A stretch of DNA of 64,000 bases from Alphaproteobacteria bacterium. GTDB taxonomy: Bacteria > Pseudomonadota > Alphaproteobacteria > Rs-D84. Shown here piece after piece: positions 57,130 to 64,000 of the stretch. Position 1 is the first letter of the stretch; each line of letters opens with the position of its first letter. Position numbers and translations under genes: made by a program. Location: assembly GCA_009784275.1 (NCBI GenBank), contig WRCA01000002.1:4783-68782 (forward strand). The letters run 5' to 3'. The notes below the pieces were generated by a model. That model was not told where the DNA came from. It searched no databases and was given only the letters and a program-made list of their open reading frames with translations.

Positions 57130-57595
57130 ATATATAGGGGGGAATATATATGAAACAAAAGGAAAAAAAGTGGGAATCGTAAGAATCATAAAGGCCGCAG
57201 TAAATTACTATCACGCAGAATCAAAATATCTTGATGCCTCAAGCAATTTGGAAAATGCCCGCCGTAAGATAATAGCCCCGATTGAAATAGTTAACGGGGA
57301 AGACTTTAATCGCTATAAGTCCGGAAATCATGACCGGCGCAAATATTACTTTTGCAAATATCCGATTTGTCATAAAGAGCTTTGGACTGTCGGGGATCAG
57401 GAAGCGTTCCATTTTAATCGTCATGATCTTGTTTGTGGAAATTTTGAAGACGGGAAGCCTTGTGAAAATAAAGATTGTGTAACTCGTCAAAAAGACAACC
57501 ATAAATATCAGACATGTTACAGCAATTATACCGCGGCCAAGACGCACAAGCAGAGATGCTGGAAGGCTATATTTACCAGAAACCCGAAAAAATAA
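57119..57595 (+). CDS. hypothetical Cys-rich protein, paralog A (ends [12 protein letters not shown])
   Basis: ORF track; the true start may be GTG at about 57169. Confidence 0.5.
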   Translation: MEIKYIGGNIYETKGKKVGIVRIIKAAVNYYHAESKYLDASSNLENARRKIIAPIEIVNGEDFNRYKSGNHDRRKYYFCKYPICHKELWTVGDQEAFHFNRHDLVCGNFEDGKPCENKDCVTRQKDNHKYQTCYSNYTAAKTHKQRCWKAIFTRNPKK

Positions 57596-57607
57596 GAGGG
57601 ATAAAGG

Positions 57608-58009
57608 ATGAAATTTATAGAAACCATAAAAGACTACTTTTCCGCAAGGACCGCTTATCAGATCGCTTTGGGCAAGTTGGTAATTGCTGGTTATGAAATA
57701 AGAGGGTATCAGGACGTTTCCGAAGAAGAATTCAGAAGCTATAAGTCCAGAAAACAAAAACGAGATCATTGCATACATGTCGTTAATTATATAGAGGATA
57801 AGGATGATGGGGAATATAGGTGGTTTGAATCTCACGAATTGTTTTGCTACTGTGAAAATTTTGAGGGCAAGAAATTGTGTAAAGATAAAGAGTGCCCAGG
57901 CCATAAAAACTATCGTAGACACCACAGATGTTACAACAATTATATCAAGGCCGAGAAACACATGAAAGAATGCTGGAAGGCTATATTTACCAGAAATCCG
58001 AAAAAGTAA
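57608..58009 (+). CDS. hypothetical Cys-rich protein, paralog B (ends [12 protein letters not shown])
   Basis: ORF track; AGAGGG RBS. Confidence 0.5.
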   Translation: MKFIETIKDYFSARTAYQIALGKLVIAGYEIRGYQDVSEEEFRSYKSRKQKRDHCIHVVNYIEDKDDGEYRWFESHELFCYCENFEGKKLCKDKECPGHKNYRRHHRCYNNYIKAEKHMKECWKAIFTRNPKK

Positions 58010-58011
58010 GA

Positions 58012-59013
58012 ATGTCGCATCAATTTTTCTTTTCACCGCATATTATTGGAAGCTTGCCTGTGCCAGCGACTGGCTTTGATGTGGTGCAAGATATTGCAGA
58101 ACCACGCTTGCGCTTGTATATAACTTCGCGCGGGATTAAGACTTTTTTTACACGCAAGCGGGTTCGCGGGCGCGACGTTCGTATAATTATCGGCCGCTTT
58201 CCTGATGTTTCCGTAGAAGATGCCCGTAATGCGGTTTCGGAAAAGATCGCGGAATCCGCCGCACCGGTTAAAGTTCGCCGCAATCGTATCGTTTTCGACA
58301 GATTATTTGCCATTTATCTTTCCCGCAAAGTCAACAGGACCGAAGAAAGCCTGATGAAACTGAAACGCACCGCATCGCGTCATTGGGCATCCTTGATGCA
58401 GCGAGAAGTTGCAGATATCACTTCGGATGATCTGGCAGCGATACATGAAAAGATTTCCGAAACTGCTGGCATTGCGACCGCAAACCGCATGCTGGAAATT
58501 TTAAAGAGCATGTTCAAGTTTGCAATAGAGCAGGGACATATAACCAAAAATCCTGCTGCCGATCTGGAGAAATTTACCGAAAATCGCCGTCATCGTGATT
58601 TAACCAATGAAGAGTTTTCGCGTCTTATGAACGCCATCAAGAAAGAAAAGAATTATACTCTACGCTCGGCTTTCCTGATGCTGGTATTTGGGTTTGCCCC
58701 AAAGTCTGCTATTTTTGCCATGCGCTGGCGAGATTTTGATTTTAACAGTGATACCTGGCTGGATCGTCCCCTGTCCGACCCGGCGGTTGTATTATTGCGG
58801 AATGTTCCTCAATCTGGAACTTGGGTGTTCCCCAGTCGCGGACGGCACCTGACTGATCCGCGCAAGGCTTGGGCGGGTCTGGTGCGCAAGGCTGGCTTAT
58901 TGGATGTTCAAATGAACGATATTTACAAGCATTTATCCCGAAATCTTGCTTGGTCCGCCGATCGGGAGCAATTAAGGGCGAATATGAACGAGGTAATTGA
59001 CCATTTGTTATAA
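58012..59013 (+). pseudogene. tyrosine recombinase/integrase remnant (N-terminal SAM-like plus partial catalytic domain, truncated before the Tyr nucleophile)
   Basis: Integrase-like blocks (LTNEEFSRL, WRDFDF, VFPS, HxxR) present; Box I Arg replaced (GFAPK); the ORF ends about 20 aa before the expected catalytic Tyr. Confidence 0.5.
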
Positions 59014-59027
59014 TTTGTTATAAAACT

Positions 59028-59057
59028 TGACATGGGGGGCGGCAGAGTGGTATCTTA
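59028..59057 (+). promoter_or_regulatory. sigma70 promoter TTGACA-18-TATCTT for acpP
   Basis: Read from sequence. Confidence 0.55.
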
Positions 59058-59125
59058 TTCAAAGTCGCCCAAAAAAGATCAGATAAAAAGGGCACAAAAA
59101 ATTTAACTCTAACAAAGGATAAGAA

Positions 59126-59407
59126 ATGAGTACTTTTGACAAAGTTCAAGCGATAATAGTCGAAAAATTAGGCGTTCCAAAAGAAAAGGTCACCATGGAC
59201 GCAGAATTTATCGCAGACTTGGGCGCAGACTCGCTGGATACGGTCGAATTCATTATGGACGTTGAGAAAGAATTCAATATCACAATTCCAGATGATGCCG
59301 CTGCAAAGATGAAAAAGGTTAAAGATGCCGTCGACTATATCGATGCACATTCAAAGCCTGCTGGCGGTGCGAAAGCGCCGGAAGCAAAACCTGCTGCAAA
59401 AAAATAA
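59126..59407 (+). CDS. acpP: acyl carrier protein
   Basis: [10 protein letters not shown] motif; adjacent to fabF; Ala/Lys-rich C-terminal tail. Confidence 0.9.
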   Translation: MSTFDKVQAIIVEKLGVPKEKVTMDAEFIADLGADSLDTVEFIMDVEKEFNITIPDDAAAKMKKVKDAVDYIDAHSKPAGGAKAPEAKPAAKK

Positions 59408-59438
59408 AAAATCCCGCAAAAGCGGGATTTAATTTTTT
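59405..59438. terminator. bidirectional terminator AAAAAATCCCGC-AAAA-GCGGGATTTAATTTTTT
   Basis: Between convergent genes. Confidence 0.75.
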
Positions 59439-60092
59439 CTAGCGGAAATAAAGTCCCCCGCAAATTCCCCACACAAACAAGTTATGTCCGGAATATGTAA
59501 TAGAAGAATTGTCTTTTTTTCCATCAATCGCCATCCCAACATTCGTCGATAGGCCGATAAATAGGGCCGGCACTTCGCTGCTTTTCGGATTAATAATGAA
59601 TTTAAGATCAACAGGGATTGATAGTTGGTTTCTGTTACCAGCTTTTCCGATTTCTTTTGTATTTGATATAAACCGCCTGATCCCAGCGCCAGTGCTGATA
59701 TCTATCGCAATTATTTTGCCAAAGCCAAATTGCAATGCAGCCATCGGAACGAATTCTATGTACATGCCGTCAGTGTATCCCTCGCCAAAACTTCCGTCCG
59801 GGCAGGTAAAAGATGAAAATTCTGATCTGCTTCCAAAGCCGACTCTGCCGGCCAGGCCCCAATCAATATCGAACTTTCCTTTGCTTTTAGCGTTGACGTA
59901 ATAAATAGTTTCCAGCCGACCGGCGGTTTCTGACTTATTTTTATTTGTTTTGCCGAACAGCATTGATGGTCCGAAACAAAAGCCGGATTCTTTTCCTTTG
60001 AAAGGTTTTACATTTTGCGCATCCGCTTTCTTTGGGGCAAAGCTGAACAATACGATGAATGCCATTAATAAGGCTTTTTCAAAATTTTTCAT
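59439..60092 (-). CDS. outer-membrane beta-barrel protein (OmpW/OmpA-like small barrel)
   Basis: Signal peptide ...KKADA; amphipathic strands; ends GGLYFR. Confidence 0.5.
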   Translation of the reverse strand: MKNFEKALLMAFIVLFSFAPKKADAQNVKPFKGKESGFCFGPSMLFGKTNKNKSETAGRLETIYYVNAKSKGKFDIDWGLAGRVGFGSRSEFSSFTCPDGSFGEGYTDGMYIEFVPMAALQFGFGKIIAIDISTGAGIRRFISNTKEIGKAGNRNQLSIPVDLKFIINPKSSEVPALFIGLSTNVGMAIDGKKDNSSITYSGHNLFVWGICGGLYFR

Positions 60093-60209
60093 GATTGATA
60101 TAATATCCAAAATAATTAATTTGTCAATATTAATTTGATCTTTTACAAACTATTTGCGGGGCTGATATTTTCTGATAGTATTTGCGTAAGACCAATAAAC
60201 GGAGTTTTC

Positions 60210-61451
60210 ATGACACGCAGAGTAGTCATCACAGGCATGGGAATAGTGTCCCCTAACGGCACAGGAATAGACCATGCTTGGAAAAATATAGTCGCCGGTA
60301 AGTCCGGCATAGGCCTGATATCCACAATCGATGTTTCTGATATGCCATCGAAAATCGGCGGAGAGCCAACACTCGGCAAAGAACCAGGCGAATGCGATTT
60401 TGATAAAGTTGCAGATGCGAAAGAACAACGCAGATCGGATAAATCCATATTATATGCGCTGGTGGCTGCAGACGAAGCTTTGCACGATGCGGGCGACTTG
60501 GGCGATCCCGAACGCATAGGCGTTTGCATTGGAGGTGGAATTGGTGGGCTGCAGACCATTTATGATGCTTGTATGGAGCTGGATAAAGAAGGTCCGCGCC
60601 GTATAAATCCATTTTTTATCCCCAGTGCTTTGATTAACATGGCGGCCGGACAAGTTTCCATTAAATACGGATTCAAAGGCCCGAATATTTCCATCGTAAC
60701 TGCTTGCGCGACAGGAACTCATTCGATTGGCGAAGGCGCGCGTTTGATTATGCATGGCGACGCCGATGTGATGGTTTGCGGCGGAACCGAAGCAGGGATA
60801 TGTCGAATCGGACTGGCAGGATTTTGCGCTATGCGCGCTTTATCGACACGAAATGATGACCCGGCAGGCGCATCCCGGCCTTGGGACAAAGGGCGCGATG
60901 GATTTGTAATTGCCGAAGGCGCAGGCGTTTTGGTCTTGGAAGAATATGAACATGCCAAAGCGCGTGGCGCAAAGATTTACGCCGAAGTTGCGGGTTATGG
61001 AATGTCCGGCGATGCGCATCATATCACAGCGCCGGCTGAAGGCGGCGAAGGCGGGCTTCGCGCGATGAAGGCGGCATTAAAGGACGCGAGTCTTTCGCCC
61101 GAATCAGTGGACTATATTAATGCGCATGGCACCAGCACAGGCCTTGGCGATGTTGGTGAATTAACTGCGGTGCAAACATTGTTTGGCAATTTGCCGGTTT
61201 CTATGTCCAGCACGAAGTCTATGACAGGACACTTGTTGGGCGCGGCGGGTGCAGTAGAGGCGATTTTCAGTGTTCTTGCCATTCGCGATCAAATTGTTCC
61301 ACCAACGATTAATTTGACGGATCCAGAAGACATGGTTGGGAATTTCGATTTGGTGCCGAATGTTGCGAAAAAGCGCAAGGTTGATATTGCGATCAGCAAT
61401 TCGTTTGGTTTTGGCGGCACAAACGCGAGTGTATTATTTAAGAAAGTTTAA
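60210..61451 (+). CDS. fabF: beta-ketoacyl-ACP synthase II
   Basis: Active-site Cys (SIVTACATG), His-His (NAHGTST, HLLGAAG), C-terminal GFGGTNASVLF. Confidence 0.93.
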   Translation: MTRRVVITGMGIVSPNGTGIDHAWKNIVAGKSGIGLISTIDVSDMPSKIGGEPTLGKEPGECDFDKVADAKEQRRSDKSILYALVAADEALHDAGDLGDPERIGVCIGGGIGGLQTIYDACMELDKEGPRRINPFFIPSALINMAAGQVSIKYGFKGPNISIVTACATGTHSIGEGARLIMHGDADVMVCGGTEAGICRIGLAGFCAMRALSTRNDDPAGASRPWDKGRDGFVIAEGAGVLVLEEYEHAKARGAKIYAEVAGYGMSGDAHHITAPAEGGEGGLRAMKAALKDASLSPESVDYINAHGTSTGLGDVGELTAVQTLFGNLPVSMSSTKSMTGHLLGAAGAVEAIFSVLAIRDQIVPPTINLTDPEDMVGNFDLVPNVAKKRKVDIAISNSFGFGGTNASVLFKKV

Positions 61452-61468
61452 AATTAAACTCTTTTACT

Positions 61469-61491
61469 ATCCCCCTTATGGGGGATTTTTT
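61469..61491 (+). terminator. terminator ATCCCCC-TTAT-GGGGGATTTTTT
   Basis: Hairpin plus T-tract after fabF. Confidence 0.75.
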
Positions 61492-61576
61492 GTTATTGAA
61501 TTAATTTTTTGTCATGATTATAATTCGGTTCTCTTCCCTCGGAAGAAACACTAAACCAGAATAAATAGGAACTATC

Positions 61577-61828
61577 ATGCCAAATGAAACTACTATGAAA
61601 ACAGATGAAATCAGTCTTGGTAAAGGATTTTCCCCATCTTCGCCAAAACCTATATTTTTTATCGAAGGACGTAAATATCGCGCGCAAACTAATTCGAGTC
61701 CAGCCAAGTTGTACGAAACGGATAAAGAAGCCCAGAAAACTTTTGCAGCGTATGAGAATCGGGTAGAAGTAAATGTAAAATTACGCAAAGATGTTCGTTC
61801 GCAGGATTGTGTTGTCAGGAAAAAATAA
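61577..61828 (+). CDS. small hypothetical protein (83 aa)
   Basis: ORF track only. Confidence 0.3.
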   Translation: MPNETTMKTDEISLGKGFSPSSPKPIFFIEGRKYRAQTNSSPAKLYETDKEAQKTFAAYENRVEVNVKLRKDVRSQDCVVRKK

Positions 61829-61892
61829 AACTGTAAAACTTTTATCAAATCCCTTGCGCCGGGGCACTCGGCGCATTATTATTGCCTTTGAC

Positions 61893-62885
61893 ATGAAGAA
61901 AAAAAAGAAAACTATTAACAAGCAGAAAAATTATTATTTTTTAACTGCTATTTTTTCCCTGTTAATTGTGCTGTCTGCCTTGTGGTTTGTCGGTTTTCAC
62001 AGCGGGGTAAGGGGACCTGTTTCTTTTCAGATCACCAATGGTGCAACTGTTGGCGGCATTGCTTCGCAGCTGAAGGGCAAGGGATGGATCAGTTCTGCCG
62101 ACACTTTCAAGGTTATGGTTATGGGATTTGGCGGGCGCGTCCAAGCCGGCGAATATGATTTGCCTCGGGGCGCCAGCACTTGGCGAATCGCAAGGATGTT
62201 CGCAACTGGCGACATCGCCAGCACGACTATCATTATTCCCGAAGGTCTTACTGTGCGGCAAATTGTTGGTGTTCTGAATGAAAATAAATTCTTGAAAGGC
62301 GAAGCGTTAAAGGTAGAGATCAAAGAAGGCGAATTATTTCCTGATACTTACACCGTTGCCAAAGGAACGCAGCGTGCAGCTGTGATAAAACTAATGCGTG
62401 ACAAGATGCAGGATATTCAGCGTGGCTGGGAAGCATCCGGTCGCCATGCGCCAAAGCCTTTGAAGAATTGGAATGAAGTCATAACACTGGCATCGATTGT
62501 TCAAAAAGAAACACCAAAAAAAGAAGAGATGCCGACCGTCGCATCTGTTTATCTTAACCGGCTGCGCGTGAATATGAGGCTGCAAGCCGATCCGACCGTT
62601 GTGTATGCGATAACAAATCGGATGGGCGATATGGAAGGCAAGGCGCTGCTGACAGAACATTTGCAGGTAGAGCATCCTTTTAATACTTACAGGAATTATG
62701 GTCTTCCGCCGGCGCCAATCGCAAACGTAGGACGCGAGGCAATTGCTGCGGTTTTAAATCCTGAAAAAACAGATTATTTATTTTTTGTGGCAGATGGCAC
62801 CGGGGGGCATAACTTCTCGGTCGATTACGAAGGGCACAAGGAAAATCGCGAAAAATGGCGTGAAATAAAGAAAAACAGGAAATAA
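61893..62885 (+). CDS. mltG: endolytic murein transglycosylase MltG (YceG family)
   Basis: N-terminal TM; YceG blocks; conserved position downstream of fabF. Confidence 0.8.
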   Translation: MKKKKKTINKQKNYYFLTAIFSLLIVLSALWFVGFHSGVRGPVSFQITNGATVGGIASQLKGKGWISSADTFKVMVMGFGGRVQAGEYDLPRGASTWRIARMFATGDIASTTIIIPEGLTVRQIVGVLNENKFLKGEALKVEIKEGELFPDTYTVAKGTQRAAVIKLMRDKMQDIQRGWEASGRHAPKPLKNWNEVITLASIVQKETPKKEEMPTVASVYLNRLRVNMRLQADPTVVYAITNRMGDMEGKALLTEHLQVEHPFNTYRNYGLPPAPIANVGREAIAAVLNPEKTDYLFFVADGTGGHNFSVDYEGHKENREKWREIKKNRK

Positions 62886-62887
62886 TT

Positions 62888-62910
62888 CCGCGTCAAAAGG
62901 CGCGGTTTTT
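62888..62910 (+). terminator. terminator CCGCG-TCAAAAGG-CGCGGTTTTT
   Basis: Hairpin plus T-tract after mltG. Confidence 0.6.
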
Positions 62911-63014
62911 AATGTTAAATAATATAAAAACTTGTCAAATTTTTCTTACTAGTCAGTTTGGATGAGGTCTTTTTTGTGATATAATGTATTGACACAAACT
63001 AGGGAAAATACATC

Positions 63015-63935
63015 ATGAAAAAAACTTTTTTAATAGCGCTGGGCGTTGGAATGTTTTCCTTGCCCATTGCCCATGTTTCTGCCGCAAATACTGTGACGAA
63101 AACTTATTCTGGCGAAGGGGTTAAGGTCATAAATAACTTTAATTTGGCCGCCGAACCGATTCGGCCTGCTGCCGTTTACGCTGCGCCAACGCCGGTCTAT
63201 GTTGCGCAACCTGTGCCGATGTATACGCAAGCTCCGCCGCCTTATGCCGTGCCAGTAGCTATTGATCAAGACGAAGTTCGTCCGGCAGTGATAAGACGGG
63301 TAGAGGAACCGGAACGCGACTGGTATGCTGCGATCAAATACGTTCATACTCTTGCGACATTTACTTCTACACATCATACGGACGGGGTTTACTGCGTAGG
63401 TGGAAAGTACTGTGTTGATCATTTCAATCTTGTGCCGATGATGGGATTCGCGTTGTCTGCTGGAACAGTATACGGCGATGATTGGCGGTTCGAATTGGAA
63501 GCAGGATATACAGGACAATATTCTGATTCCGACGAAGACGTGCGATTCGGAATTTCCGCGCCTTATTTGACGTTCAATGCTCTTTATAATTTCGGCGGTG
63601 CAAAAAATAGCGGATTTTATTTCGGACCGGGAATAGGATTTGCATTCCCAACGACCGAGATTACCGCGGGTGATACGCTGGTGCATTTCTTGCATAAAGA
63701 TTCGCGCAGGACTGTATTTTCTCCGATGTTGGCGGCGCTGGCCGGTTTCCAATGGAAATTCACCGAACAGTTCGCTTTGGATATCGGGTACAAGTTCTAT
63801 ACCTTCAGCGGAACGGAGCATTCGCGCGATTTCCAGATAACATTAACCCCGCCTACTACGTCGCATAAGTTTACGAATAAGACAGGTTGGTTGGTAAATA
63901 ATGCGTTCAGCATCGGGTTGAGGTATTACTTCTAG
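63015..63935 (+). CDS. outer-membrane beta-barrel protein/porin-like (signal peptide; ends ...GLRYYF)
   Basis: Signal peptide ...AHVSAAN; C-terminal aromatic; extended -10 (TGTGATATAAT) promoter upstream. Confidence 0.55.
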   Translation: MKKTFLIALGVGMFSLPIAHVSAANTVTKTYSGEGVKVINNFNLAAEPIRPAAVYAAPTPVYVAQPVPMYTQAPPPYAVPVAIDQDEVRPAVIRRVEEPERDWYAAIKYVHTLATFTSTHHTDGVYCVGGKYCVDHFNLVPMMGFALSAGTVYGDDWRFELEAGYTGQYSDSDEDVRFGISAPYLTFNALYNFGGAKNSGFYFGPGIGFAFPTTEITAGDTLVHFLHKDSRRTVFSPMLAALAGFQWKFTEQFALDIGYKFYTFSGTEHSRDFQITLTPPTTSHKFTNKTGWLVNNAFSIGLRYYF

Positions 63936-64000
63936 CGAATAGCTATTTTATGAGAGAGAGAATTGAGATTTTTTATTAAATCTTTATCGATACTAGCTAT

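Noticed and set aside
12732-59438. CRISPR array or REP array formed by the repeated AATCCCGC...GCGGGATT elements
   Set aside because: Copies are dispersed kilobases apart at gene ends, not in a regularly spaced array. There are no cas genes.

Overview
This 64-kb segment looks like chromosome from a Gram-negative (diderm) bacterium with a compact, possibly host-associated genome. I cannot place it taxonomically from sequence alone. I saw no rRNA, tRNA or CRISPR. Genes are tightly packed with many 1-10 nt overlaps. There are clear sigma70-type promoters (TTGACA-N16-18-TATAAT) and a recurring bidirectional intrinsic terminator family (AAAAATCCCGC-loop-GCGGGATTTTT). Housekeeping genes recognised from conserved motifs: miaB (5' part), gatC/gatA/gatB, fbaA (class II), parE-like topo IV B, dnaJ, an AI-2E transporter, sufB/sufC, rpsT, plsY, dprA, a divergent dnaA, pgsA, ppa, dnaN, trxB, efp, a compact uvrC, an RluC/D-like pseudouridine synthase, an AsmA-like protein, cdaA (c-di-AMP cyclase), a plsC-family acyltransferase, tolB, a SanA/DUF218 protein, a hexapeptide acetyltransferase, ftsE/ftsX, rbfA, lepA, acpP-fabF-mltG, and several outer-membrane beta-barrel proteins. 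Accessory features: (1) a more than 8-kb gatC...gatA...gatB operon interrupted by six tightly coupled non-gat genes (Asp/Glu-racemase-family, NUDIX, alpha/beta esterase and three unknowns); (2) a TcpQ-like protein plus a lipoprotein secretin (type IVb-pilus-like outer-membrane module) with a solitary type IV pilin gene elsewhere; (3) signal-peptide-bearing proteins with phage-tail-fibre motifs, including a 1091-aa protein with about 117 collagen-like Gly-X-Y triplets (encoded by near-perfect tandem DNA repeats) and four copies of a roughly 70-aa domain; (4) two consecutive promoter-leader-small gene-terminator cassettes with about 80% identical promoter/leader DNA, one encoding an ACP paralog with a long C-terminal tail; (5) tandem paralogous Cys-rich small ORFs next to a truncated tyrosine-recombinase remnant; (6) an islet of five small Cys-rich, membrane and lipoprotein ORFs between ppa and dnaN. 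The phage-tail-fibre/collagen surface-fibre proteins and the invaded gat operon are the most likely candidates for a previously undescribed system. All functional calls rest on motif recognition by eye; no database searches were run.
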